From Ramazzottius varieornatus (Eukaryota; Animalia; Tardigrada), in NCBI GenBank assembly GCA_001949185.1, contig BDGG01000018.1, positions 588,693 through 652,692 of the forward strand: a stretch of 64,000 bases of DNA, in the 5' to 3' direction. The notes under the pieces are model-generated. The model did not search any database. It saw only the letters and a program-made list of their open reading frames with translations, and was not told the origin of the DNA. Position 1 is the first letter of the stretch. The number at the start of each line of letters is the position of its first letter. A program made the position numbers and the translations under genes. Shown piece after piece: positions 38,119 to 49,704 of this stretch.

Positions 38119-39007
38119 CGAGGGGATTTTTCCAATCTGCCGCCTCTGATCCTCAAACCGACATCACAGGTGGATAGAGAAGAGTTTTCTCTATAGTCTG
38201 AACCGGAAACCTGGTCATCTTTCCGTTCCTGGAATAAACTGCAGGAACCGGAAGTTACGTCAAAATTCCAACACAGGTGGCGCTACAAGTTAACCTGTTA
38301 CTTCCGTCCTCGTAAAGGTATCTAGTGGAAAATTCAAAAAGACATTAAGGCAGTTAGATGGTACAGAAATGATGAACATCATAGAAATGGTGAAAACAGA
38401 CTTAACAGAGGCGACCTTTGCACCACCCACAGACCAGAAGGACAGTATTCTTACAGTTATTATGAATGCAGCGGCCATTCAGCTTCTTGAACATGAAGCT
38501 TGTGGGGTTCACATACTGTACCCGTTCATCCGTATATCCCGACTTGAATCAGGCACGTACAATTAGGTTCTCGAATCTGGGTGACTGAAACTGCTGATAA
38601 AGTAAGGAATGATGTTTTAGGATTACGTCCCTATGATGGACATGTACAGGAATATCATTAACAAACACGAAATTTGAGATCTTTTTAAAACATCCCTTGT
38701 ACATCCGGAAGCAAAGAACATCCAACGGCTGGATACTACCAGTCACTTTGGGAGGTATGGTGATCATCTCCTACTGCAGCTCTTCGGGCTTGAGTTCGAT
38801 AACAGCGTCCTGATCGGTGAACGTCTTCCAGGAGTCAGCCAGAAGGATACAGCGGTCTTCCATATGCGGAAACAACACTTTTTCGGACCATTCCAGGTAG
38901 AACTTCTTCGTCATTTTTCCCGATGTCGACGCAGTGATGTACAGGTTATCAGCTTTGAACATCGTCTTCGATACGATTGGGCCAAAGACTTCCTTCTCGA
39001 CGCACAT
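38119..39007 (-). mobile_element. Truncated Tc5-like transposon (one TIR plus 3' half of transposase, with a stop)
   Basis: TTA|CGAGGG terminus, ctctgatcctcaaacc and ccggaagttacgtca blocks shared with the 5690 TIR; protein fragments VFGPIVSKTMFKADNLY...LLADSW...IQPLD homologous to 5894-6872. Confidence 0.85.
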
Positions 39008-39370
39008 GTTTGCTCCTTCGTTTTATAAGACTTTTTACCGTTGCTCAGTAGATAGCTTATTCTAATGGCCTAGCTTTGCGGGACAGTGGACTTTAGCCTA
39101 GCTCTGATACACATACAGTACAAGACTGTAAACTGTAAACATCCCAGACAGTACGCGTACGATGCTGACAATAGCGCAACAGAATGACCATGGAATATGA
39201 TGTTGAAGTTGGGTAGCTAGACGCGTGAACTGCCCCAATTTTCCATAGTTTTCCACAAACCGTGCAATGATTAGCTCTCTGTCACAAAAACTATCTGGGA
39301 AGAAAAAGGAGCAGGACGTAAAAGCAGAACTGATCGACCACGATCATCTTTGTAGCGCCAGTTAACGTTA

Positions 39371-39548
39371 TTGGTCGCAAATGCGTCACGTGGAGACTTC
39401 CGGGTCGGCGAAGGGAAACGATCGTGCGAGTTACAAGTGCAGTAGATGGACGTGCAGTGGATCTAGGCCGGTGATGGTGCAAAGTCTGGAAAAATACGTC
39501 AAAGCGGTGGAACACGCGGAGAAGAAGCTTCGAATTCATGCGGGAGAA
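39371..39548 (+). repeat. Diverged dispersed repeat, copy 1 (copy 2 at ~51197-51364)
   Basis: ggtcgcaaatgcgtcacgtggagacttccgggtcggcga...gatggacgt...ggccgg.gat..tgcaaag aligns by eye with 51197 onward. Confidence 0.6.
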
Positions 39549-40253
39549 GCGACTGACGAACTTGCACGCACAGTACCACCTTGCCTTAATTTTTCGGCGC
39601 GGCTCTAGGGTTTGTCATTTGTAAGGTCCACTTCCTTGTCGGGTATGTTTTAGAGTTTGAGAGGTAGTGCAGGTTACCTTCAAACTTTCTGGTGGTGAAA
39701 GCGATCTTCACCAGGGCGCGGCAGAGTTCTTCACTTCCGGCTATACTTTCGGTTTTTCGTCAGCCACTGCTATTGCGACCCCACACTGCGATGACTGATT
39801 CCGACTTTAGGCTCCGAGCTGCCTTAATTCTGGTAGTTGTAAAGTACCTGCATTTTTTCCTGCTACAGAGAGCACAAGCCTCCCAGGTCCTCCTTCTAAA
39901 CCTTCAACTTTCCTTTTAATCCCTTCAGCCTTCGCAATCTCGCTGATGAATAAATCACTCTTGCTACTCTGACGTCACAGGATGTGCTAAGTAATGAATC
40001 GATACAAAAAACTTCCGATTCTTCTGCTGACCACAGGACAGTCACCGCAACGACACGAAACATTCCTATTCTGGACGCGAAACAGCGTCAGTGGCTCATG
40101 ACGTCATCTGAGTCTTGTTCAAATTCAGCATTCTCGATTCTTCCGGTCTATTCCGGATAGCCTTTGTGAGCTGGCACCGGGAAGATACTCGTCTCTATAC
40201 TTTGGTAGACGAGTCTGGTAGCGCATTTGTTCCGGCTGTCTGAATTCTGGGCA

Positions 40254-40929
40254 ATGGCAGATTCGAGTGAGCCTTTCGATTTGAACATCTGTTCTCTCCA
40301 TCTGACAATCGATGATCTCCCAGATGAAATCTTAGTGGAGATTTTTGGGGAACTTGAAGCCCTACAGCAACGTCTCCTTCAGCGGTAAGTCCAGTTGATG
40401 TAATGCGTGCTCGCTGTTTCATGTGAAAATACTAACGGGTTTTTCTCCTCCAAGCACTTGTGCACGATGGAAGAGAATTTTGCTAAGCAGACGTCTTCAG
40501 CTGGTCGTGCGTATGGATGTGAAGATCGAACTAAAGGGCAAAGATCCACGGTTTAAGTTTTCGACATTCCCTGCTCTGGTGAAACGAGCTACTTGCTTAT
40601 GCCGCAGTCCTCACATCGGCCGTTGTTCTGATGATCTGCTTCCAGTTTTCCGCAAGATCCTTCATAACCGAACTACGGTGATTCAGCTAAACTGGATCGA
40701 AAATTCCGAGAGCTACAGTCTGATTGAAGCCCTGACTGCCTGGGTGGCTGTTTTTGCTCTGGTTAGTCAGGTTAAGACTCCTGCGAAAGATGGCACACTG
40801 GCGGAAGGGGCGAATCTCACGCACGTCATGCTGGACAACGCGGTGGCTATAGATGGGCTTCACAACTTGATCGTCTTAGCTCAAACTCGCACCGGACGTG
40901 GGAGCGATCTATGGCGAAATCATGAGTAA
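40254..40929 (+). CDS. F-box protein (exon 40254-40384, exon from 40455; 3' end uncertain)
   Basis: Splicing gives MADSSEPFDLNICSLHLTIDDLPDEILVEIFGELEALQQRLLQR|TCARWKRILLS, a canonical F-box (LPDEILxxIFxxL...CxRWxxI). Confidence 0.75.
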
Positions 40930-42124
40930 GTGCCCGTATGATTAGCGGTCGGATTGTGCTTCTGTTCACCATCGGATCTTCAAAGCAAAACGTATGATTG
41001 GACTTTGTCCTGCAAAACCTTCGGAGTACTCTATTCGCGCAGAGTACAGCCCCGTTAAGATGGTGGTTCGAATGGAAAAAGCAGATGAAGAAACAGAGAA
41101 AAGACAGGATAGGCCCGAGTCAGAGAGAAATAATTAAGGGATTGCGAAACCTGTCAGGGACGAGGTGTCAGGATCAGGAAATCCATTTAAGAATAGGACA
41201 ACATTGGCAGAGCATCAACGAATCAGTGGATGGACTTCCTGATCTTCAGCTTGACGCCTCGTCACTGACAGGTTTCCGCAATCTCTCAAATGATATTCTG
41301 GAAAGCTTGATATCAAGTTATTCTCCACTCGGAAACAAAACTTCCGAATGGAAACGCACATTGCATGCAGGAAACGAAGCTATATACAGGGTACATAGTG
41401 TGGTTGATCGGTCCAGAGGGAATCGGGAGTCGTAAACGAGCCAAAGATCGAGGGGGCTAACCTCATACCACATGATTAGACCAACCACAGGGATTAGAGG
41501 AGGTAGAGGAAGTGACGAACCGCTGTGTATACCGTAGAGCCGCAAAACATGGAAGCCGTAGAGGCACTTACAACTACTAATGAACATTACCATTGGTGTA
41601 ACAGCACAGAGACCACGCCCCGGCAGAGTCGGTTACGTTACGGTAATTATGTGCCTTACGGAACCGATCCTTAACCCTCGTTAGCTGACTCTAGACGGGA
41701 AACCTCCAATAAGTCCTACCGAAGAAAGCAGGAAAGGATGATGCTCCGATATGAAACAGATCCTTTCCAAAGCGCGAAAAGGAGAGCCGTAAGCGGCAAA
41801 ACTTTTGACGAGTCAAGCTGCTTACGCAATGGAGTAATTCCGGTTTAGAAGCCCTTATGTGTCACGTGCCTTGTCCATCCGTGAGCCATGTCTGTGCGCC
41901 GACGTGGTTCGATATTTAATTACGGTAGCAGCTCCGCAGTGAGCTGTATTTAGGTGCTTGCCGGATTTATGTCACAAACGCAGGCGCTTCATGTACCTGC
42001 ACACATAGTTAATGCGCAGCGGCTCGATCTGTCAGGTTAAGCCAAACTGTCGGTTTCTCCTAGCGGCCAAAGGTCATCCAAGGTCATAGGTTTGACCTCG
42101 GATCTCAATGGAAGCTAGTCCGGT

Positions 42125-42976
42125 ACAGATGTGATGCGAGCAAGAGGACGTCGCCATGAAAAGTCGCCGCATTCAAATTAGGAGTTGTGCATGCTGGGTG
42201 TAAGTGCAGCCAATGACCTGCCCGTGCACACGTTGAGTTATTAAATGAAGCCGTGACTCATACAGCCCGTACCACTCATGTGTTCCCCGGTCGAGTCGCG
42301 CATCCTGTTGGCTTACAGATCCTCTTATTGCGCCACTGTACCGTCACTCACTACCTTCGTGAACTCGCACCGAGAAGGCCTGAGCAGTATCCAAAACATT
42401 CACCCATTAACCTGCGTAGGTCCTCCCGATTTGATTCGACATTGCTTTGAGGGGACAGTTTTAATTACGGAAAGGGTTACGAGGGTCAGAAGTACTAAAT
42501 GATCTCTCCCTCTCGAGCTTAATGAAGCGGAATATCCAGGTTCCGTCCGGAAGAGGCTGTCTTAACGTCAGAAGAAACGATAGCACAGACTGTCCGGCGT
42601 CAACACCCATCCTGTGGTAAACCGTAACTGGCGATCGCACAAGAGGACACGTAAACCTGTTCCGTTCTCAGTGATAACAAAACATTTCAGAAGGCAATGA
42701 CGCAAATCAGAACAGAATCGAAGAGGTACTGTTATACTGGAAAAAGTCTAGTAGGAAAATTTGAAATTTCCGAAAAGAGGTAATTGTTTACCAGAAACCA
42801 ATCAAGGTCTCCATGTTGGGACTCGATCAGCTGAAGACAGTGTGCCAACCTGATCTACTCGACTCGAACGATGAGTGCAAGCGTGGCTCAGCTCTGAGTT
42901 CAGCGAGCGTGTGCCACGAAGTTTTACTAGCCAATACGGCAAACCACGTGACTTCGTCTTGCGCAAATCCCATCTG
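42125..42976 (+). repeat. ~850-bp diverged dispersed repeat, copy 1 (copy 2 at 60329-61197), decayed minus-strand coding frame
   Basis: Colinear similarity from gtgatgcgagcaaga.gacgtcgccatgaaaagtcgccgc to aaccacgtgacttcgtcttgcg.aaatcccatctg. Confidence 0.85.
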
Positions 42977-43097
42977 TATAGTCAGGCATGACTTTATCAT
43001 TGCAAGACTGGCGTGACGTACGTACGCGTTCCTCTACCCCTCTAGTCTCTCTGGACCAACTGACAAATTCCGGAAATCCCTAAATTTGGGCTCATTC

Positions 43098-43293
43098 CAC
43101 GTCACCCTGTGACGTCACAACATCACGTGACCAAGAAAACTGCAAGTTGTTACACTAAAAAGCTCAGCTGTTTGTTCAATCACGTGACCCTGCGATGTCA
43201 CGTCATCACATGACCGATGAAACTGCAAGTATGGACGCAAACTCGCACAATGATCAAAACACGTGACCCTGTGACGTCACATCATCACGTGAT
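43098..43293. repeat. Three degenerate ~80-bp tandem units containing TCACGTGA (E-box) and TGACGTCA (CRE) motifs
   Basis: cacgt(g/c)accctg(t/c)ga(c/t)gtcac..catcac(g/a)tga at 43098, 43181 and 43260. Confidence 0.7.
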
Positions 43294-43325
43294 CACCGGA
43301 AAGCACTACTGTAAGGTTTCTGGTG

Positions 43326-43769
43326 GAGACTTGGGCCGCAGGTCAAAAAGGACACTGCCTCTGCGCTGCAGAACTTCTGGGTTGCTGCGTGCTGTGCTGC
43401 GCTGCGCTGCAAGAATCTAGCCAAAGTTACGCTGTCGCATACCTGCACCGCAGCGTGAAGCGGACAGGAGATTTCCGCAGCGCATCTGCTGCATTCGGCC
43501 AAGACCTAAAGAACGGCGAATATCGGGCTTCGAACTCCAGGTCTGTTGCTAATTATCACCACCACGGTTACCAACCTGACCACGAATTTTGAAGACTACG
43601 GTAAAATCGGGACAGTTTGCCTATGTGCAGCGCAGTTGCACTAGAGGGGAAAGTATCGGCAGTGCAGCTGCCTAGCCTTCTGGCTCAAATGTGCAGCGCA
43701 GCGCAGCACGCAGCAACCCAGGTCTGCAGCGCAGAGGCAGCGTCCTTTTCGACCTGCGGCCCAGGTCTC
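43326..43769. mobile_element. ~445-bp MITE-like element with ~80-bp GC-rich TIRs
   Basis: gagacttgggccgcaggtcaaaaaggacactgcctctgcgctgcaga... and ...tctgcagcgcagaggcagcgtccttttcgacctgcggcccaggtctc; no TSD identified. Confidence 0.75.
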
Positions 43770-44746
43770 TAGCCCTGATAATGCTATCCGTTTTATTTTA
43801 GTTAACCTTACGTTCGGCCAAAATAGATGGGGCTTTGCCCGGTAGAAAAACTCCCAATGTGTCGCGCTGTCTACCTCTTCATCGCACGCAGACGACGTTT
43901 GTGTTGCGGTCATAAATAGTTCGGTCGTCTGGCGGAAGACGAAAATAGGCAGGTTGTGAACTTCCACGACGGAACCAAACGCACGGTGCTCTAAACTTCC
44001 CGAAGCCTTATCCACCGTGTACACTGGCTAATGCCTCGGTACTCACGAAACGGACCCCCCTTCGTTCCGTTTGTCACAATCGAACTCGCTATCCGAGCTC
44101 CGTAGATGCGAACTCCCAAACATACACCTTTCATCACCGTCCATACGGGTTACCACCAGTGGACTGCGTAATGTGAGCCCGGGCAGCGACAGGCTAAGAT
44201 TCCGGTCAATCAGACAATCAAAGTGCTTGCGTGACCAACTACTTTTTAACTTGGTGGGGTAATTACTGCAAGCTAGTTTAACATGGGTGGGCAGCTAAGC
44301 TGGCTCATCGTTCTGTTTGAAAACGCGTCCGTTTGCTTTCAACGGTCATGTTTTGAAGCTAAAAAGATTGCCGACGACCGGTCGAAATTTTGAGTCTTCG
44401 GGAAGTTTATAGCCCTGTCCAAGAGAGCATACAGAGCAAATGCTGCAGTAGGCCACATGCGGTGTATGCTCGCTTCGGCGACTCGCCGCCAAACCGAGAC
44501 AATAAATTCGACCATTATCCGAAAATTCCGTTGAATGGCTTAGAATAAGCACATTAAGTTGCCAGTCCCCGTTCACTCTCCGACTGTAGCTAACAAGCGG
44601 AACCGGAATCGTACGTGAAGATTTCGTTGTAGGTTAAGTTATCACGCACGCTAAACTTTCCTGCAGCTAGGCTGAACAAGCAAATTGAGTTGCTTCCGAT
44701 ATTTTCTTCTCCGAAGCTTATTTTCCTTCGCGGATACGCTTGAACC

Positions 44747-45790
44747 ATGGATAGAAAAACAACTTGTGTGCTTCTGATGTCCAAAGCTATGTCTTATGAG
44801 GAAACTGTTCTGATGCTGTCCCTACCGAAGGTGGAGAGGCCACTGAGGATACCGTTTGACTTAACGAGATAGATGATTCGGATGTATGGGAATGGTTTCG
44901 CTTCACACGAGAAAACATCCCTCGCTTGAAAGAAGGTTTCGGCATACCTGATGTTGTCAGTCTGGAGAACAAATCACTGTTTGATGGAGTTGAGATCCTC
45001 TGTATTCTCCTTGGACGACTTGCCTATCCCAGCCGATACACCACCCTCAAGCTAATTTATCGGCGAAGCAAACCGGAGTTATCAATGGCTTTCAGCTGGA
45101 TTGTAGGTCACGAGGAATCGAAGTTCGGGCATCTTCTCACATCCCTAGATTTGTGTTGGCTCAAAGCAGCAGACATCTCTCTCTTCTGCAAAGCAGTACG
45201 ACGAAAGGGCGCACCGCTTCGCGCTGTGTGGGGTTTTATCGACGGAACTTTTCGTCCCTGTTGCCGACCGAAAGTCGATCAGAAAACCATTTACAGTGGC
45301 CACTACCGTCTGCATGGCTTGAAGTTCCAGTCCATGATGACGCCTAATGGATTGGTTGTTAACCTGGACGGGCCGTGGCCTGGCAGACGCCATGATTCAG
45401 GTAGCTGGCTCATGTTATGTTTAGCCGAAGTGGCGCAGGTCGTCAGTGCTACTAGCTGAAAGCGTGCGCCGCTTGGGAAAACGATCTTGCTCAGCTTGTT
45501 TGCCAATTTGAAAAAATTATGTTTCAGGGATGCTGGCTGAAAGCGGACTGCTGGACCTTCTCAAGAACAAGATGGCTGAAGTCGGTGCAGTTTACCGTCT
45601 TTATGGAGATCCTGCATATCCCATCTCCGAATATCTAGAAGCTCGGTTTCGCGCAGGCGCTGCAGAGCTGTCCGAGGAAGAAACAGACTTTAACAAGGCC
45701 ATGGCAGGAGTACGCATTGCTGTAGAATGGGGTTTCGGGGAAGTCATTCAGCAGTTCGCCTTTCTGGATTATTCTAAGAATTTGTATAAC
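44747..45790 (+). pseudogene. PIF/Harbinger DDE transposase (HARBI1-like); frameshift near 44862, intron 45401-45527, C-terminally truncated
   Basis: FRF, LGRLAYP, VWGFIDGT.RP.CRP, YSGHYRLHGLKFQ, GRRHDSG|MLAESG, LYGDPAYP, FNKAM..VRIAVEWGF. Confidence 0.88.
45427..45475. repeat. Palindromic 12-25-12 repeat, 1 unit, Harbinger transposase intron
   Basis: Spacer 25. Confidence 0.9.
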
Positions 45791-46906
45791 GTTCTAAGTC
45801 TAAGAAGCGAGAGCACCTTGATTATTGACTTCACTATAAGGCAAGGAATGTCAAGACGTTTGGTAAAGGTAGGAAAGTACGCAGGTATAAATTCACCTGT
45901 AGAGCTCATCTCGAAGCGATGCTCAATCTTCAGACCTTTCAACGCTTCCATCATGACAGCAGCCATCAGTTCATCTCGCTTACGGTTAGATTCGTCCTTC
46001 TGCTTGTCAGCTTCCATTCGCTTGAGTTCCAGATCTTACTTCATTTTGTTTTCTTCGGCCAGACGAGACTCACGGCCACGCTCTACTTCCAGCTGTTCCT
46101 GCTTGAGCTGCAGCTCCTTCATCTTCACATCTGAAGAACCGTCCAAGAAAGTCCTGATCATGTGATTATAGCTAGTACGTTCACGCTTTGGTGTATTGGT
46201 GACTTTTTCGTCCGACTTCCCACCTAAAAGCAACACATTTCGTGTGCGCCACTTGACCCGGGTCAAGTGCCGCACCTGGGATTCGATGCCTGTTGCAATC
46301 TCTCACCATTTCACCCAAATACCCATCTCAGTAATGGCAGCGAGATCTTACCTGAAACTCGAAAAACTTACCGTCCAGAGGATCAGGAGTCAGCTCACGA
46401 GCTCCATTGAAGCGACGTTTGCGCTTGCTGAAGGTGGTCGCGTCCATCATCTTCTTGTCTTTGCGCGACTGCTTCTCATCTTCCAGCACCTTCTTGACAG
46501 ACTGCTTCTTTCGACGCTTCCCTTCATGCTCTTTGAGGTAGTTGACTAGCTCAACCAACAGCTGCTCTTTTTCTGTGAAGGTCCCGGGATCTCCCGATTT
46601 CCACTCGTCAAGGCGATTCGATGCCTTGAACGTCTTGATCATTTCCGTCGACTTGTCTTTGGCAGAACGGGCAGTCTTCAGCTTCATCCCAGCTGATCTG
46701 AGCTTCTGGAATATATCATTCCACATCTCTGTATCGGTACCTGCGAAAACTTCCACTGCGGTGCGATACTGACGAAGGAGGCGAACTTGGCTGTCCTCGT
46801 CCCATTGTAGTCGTGATAACTTGGCTGCAGCTCCTCCGCTTGTCACCGATGCTGGGGATCCCACTGCCAATGCAGCGTCGACAGAAAACTCTTCCTCGTC
46901 CTCCAT
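45769..46906 (-). pseudogene. Harbinger-associated Myb/SANT-like (trihelix) protein with coiled-coil tail; intron 46371-46224; in-frame stop 46036-46038
   Basis: WDEDSQVRLLRQY...WNDIFQKL...TARSAKDK...FK...SG...EKEQLLVEL; lies tail-to-tail with the transposase, as is typical of PIF/Harbinger elements. Confidence 0.75.
46244..46275. repeat. Palindromic repeat remnant, Harbinger Myb gene intron
   Basis: gtgcgccacttg-N8-caagtgccgcac. Confidence 0.7.
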
Positions 46907-47278
46907 GTTCACTTTCCTTCCCCTAAGGAAGACCTGTGACGCTGTACAAGAAATAATACTACAACAAAGAGCAGGAACGTCAAATGATCACCATAAAATG
47001 AATTTATGGCGAAATCAAAAATCGATTTTCGAGCCACAACCTTGAATAGTTGGGCAACCATCATGCTTCCCAATGCTATCTAACCGGAATTCCGACTCCC
47101 CTTATTTTCGGAAAATAAGGGGAGCTCCGGGAAGCAAATTGTAGTTACACGTCACAAAAGGGGCGGAGCAAGCCTTAGCTACAGTGGGAACGTGAGCGGG
47201 GACTGGCAACTTAATGTGCTTAATGTTGTTAAAAGAATCGTCCATCCATGTGGTTCGTCGACTAGGCCGTTAAAATTA

Positions 47279-47618
47279 CGAGGTAGACGACATAATTCGG
47301 GCATAGCGGTTTTCGCACCATAATTCGGGCATGTATTTTCTCCGCTCCTGTAGCGAGTAGTCACCTGTTTCTTGCTTCCGGAGGTAGATCAATCTCTCTT
47401 TCCAGAGTATTGATAGGTCTGGGAACAACAAAACATCGAAGCTCAGAGGAATTTGTCTTGGCATGAAGATGGGTCTGTGCAATGTTGAACAGCTTAAAGT
47501 TGTATCAACCCACGTACGATGAGGAATCAATCAAGTGTCGATTACAATGATCAAACGTTTTGCGTTGCCCGAATTATAGTGCGAAAATCGATATGCCCGA
47601 AATATGTCCTGTACCTCG
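47279..47618. mobile_element. 340-bp mariner-type MITE with TA TSD
   Basis: TA|cgaggtagacgacataattcgggcata...tatgcccgaaatatgtcctgtacctcg|TA; ~53-bp imperfect TIRs. Confidence 0.8.
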
Positions 47619-47989
47619 TACAAGCAACAACTGTTTTTGGATTTGCGGTTCATGTCGCCCATAGGAAGCTAGCCTGAGAGAAGCACTCGTACCGCCAAAC
47701 CGGACAATGAGTGGACACGTACTAAATTCACAGGTACCCGGATCGGTACCTGCTCAAAATATCGTTTGACCACAATGCCGGATCATGAATATCGCGTGAC
47801 CAAAATGCTAACTGACTTTATATTAGCCAGTCATGTGGCTGACTGATGTATATCGTTTGCTCGCATTCCTGTTGATGCAGAAAAACGATGTTCCGGTATA
47901 GTACATAGGGGGCGCAAAAAGTGTTAAAGCTGATTTTATTACAAATTGCTGGTTCGCCTGAACTTCACAACCTTTAAAAGTAAGCATCA

Positions 47990-48520
47990 CTCTATGCAGA
48001 AATTCCGCTGTAACAAATGCGCTGTGTGACTTGGCCTTATCGTGGTAAGGCAATTCCCCCCGAATTCCGGCTTTCGGACGGCTGTTTCTCAGGATCTCAC
48101 ACAGAGGTTTCGAACAGTTTTCGATGTACAACGCGGCATTCATCGACGGTTTACGAGGTAGCTTTGTTTTGAAAATAACTCCGTTCTGATCCAGGAAAAA
48201 CTCATACATATGCTTCTTGTCAAGTTCTTGATTCTCCTCGGTCGCCGTAGTACCGTGGGTGCGCCACTTCCTTACTCGATCCATTCCTTGTTCTGCTCCT
48301 TCCATTTTGGGTCGTAATAATAGAGGATTTGTCGCCAGTCACTACATCGTACTTTCCGTTTGACTCTAGAGTAGGAAGCATCTGCTCACAACAACCTACT
48401 CTCTGCTGACGTTGGTCCGCCGTCAGTCCATGAGGCACCTACCGAGCACAAATTTTATGCAAATTCAGATCATCGTGTAATATCTGTTCAACAGTTCCCA
48501 CTGATATCCCCAGTTCCTTC
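47990..48520 (-). pseudogene. Mariner transposase relic
   Basis: GTVEQILHDDLNLHKICAR*VPHGLT (WVPHEL-like), VVTGDKS, FFLDQNGVI, YHDKAKSH (HDNARPH-like); frameshifted. Confidence 0.85.
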
Positions 48521-48601
48521 GCTAGATTCTCGACCGTGATGGGCACGTTCTAAACCCTGGGCCTGGTACTTGTACTTGGAACTTGTAACTGTAATTCGTA
48601 A

Positions 48602-48728
48602 GGGAGCGTTCAAGTATTACGTAAGATACGATCAAAGGCGCCGAATGGACCCCCCTATCAAAGTTAAGCAATGAATGGGGCTTTGGTCCATTCGGTCGTC
48701 GAATCTTACGTAATACTTGAAAAGTCCC
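48602..48728. mobile_element. 127-bp Harbinger/Tourist-like MITE
   Basis: TAA|gggagcgttcaagtattacgtaaga...tcttacgtaatacttgaaaagtccc|TGA; GGG/CCC ends with TAA/TGA flanks. Confidence 0.7.
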
Positions 48729-48851
48729 TGATGCAACTTGTATCTGCATTTTGTACTTGTAACTTGTAAAGGTAAAATGAAATTCTGTGAAAAATGGGTG
48801 GTAAACCAAACATTTGGGACGCCAGCAGATAAAATTTACAAGATCAATGTA

Positions 48852-49704
48852 CTAAGTGGGACACGTTGCCCGCCGATACCGATGAAAAAGAGCGCCACTT
48901 GAGATAACAGTCGCGCACGCTATGTTTGCCGGTCTCCTGTTCCAGAAACAGGTCGACCAACTCGCATAGTATTTCGTACATGAGCTCTTCTATCAGTAAT
49001 AAAAGGAATTGCCGCAGCGGCCTGGCTTCCATTCTGACAATGCAAGTATGTTCATCCGCCGCATTCGAAGCTGCAACGCCAGCACAAAGCTACATCAAAA
49101 TTCCTTCACAGTCTTGCCGAAAAACCTTGACTGTTCATGGAATAGATAATATACGAATTTAATTGACGCCGAACAGATGGTTTTCGGTACAATCAGTTTT
49201 GGCGCCAACCGCCAACTGCCAACCGCCAACTGCCAACCGCCAACTGCCAACCGCCAACTGCCAACGAGCATACTGTCGGCATGATGACAGTGCCTTCGAG
49301 GTATTTTTCTCAAACACGCATTGGTTTCTTGGTTTCTTGGTTTCTTGCGCTATTCAGAGAGCAACTTCGAGGCAGTCTACCAAAAACTGATCTTTTTAGG
49401 GTTAGTTTTTGAAAACAGCTGAGCGAGGCTCACTGCGCGGCGATGTGCTTATCACTGATGAAAATGATGTTGTTGTCTTACAGAAAAATCTGACGACAGA
49501 TGTGTCTGAGATATTCCACTCTTAGAACATTTCAGTGCCTTTGGGAATTTTGTTCATCGTTGATCATAGAAATTATGACAAGTATGTACACAACGTTACA
49601 GGCGTTGTTCCTGAAACGGAAGACCGGCAAGCATAGCGTGCACGACTGTTATCTCAAGTGGCGCAGTTTTTCATCGGTATCGGCTGGCAACGTGCGCCAC
49701 TTAG
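48852..49704. mobile_element. 853-bp non-autonomous element with ~99-bp TIRs whose outermost ~50 bp are one palindromic-repeat unit; TA flanks
   Basis: 48852-48950 and 49606-49704 are reverse complements (~88% by eye); tgTA|ctaagtgg...ccacttag|TAca. Confidence 0.7.
49204..49265. repeat. (GCCAACC GCCAACT)4 alternating heptamer minisatellite
   Basis: Directly visible; a separate (TTGGTTTC)3 lies at 49321-49344. Confidence 0.85.
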
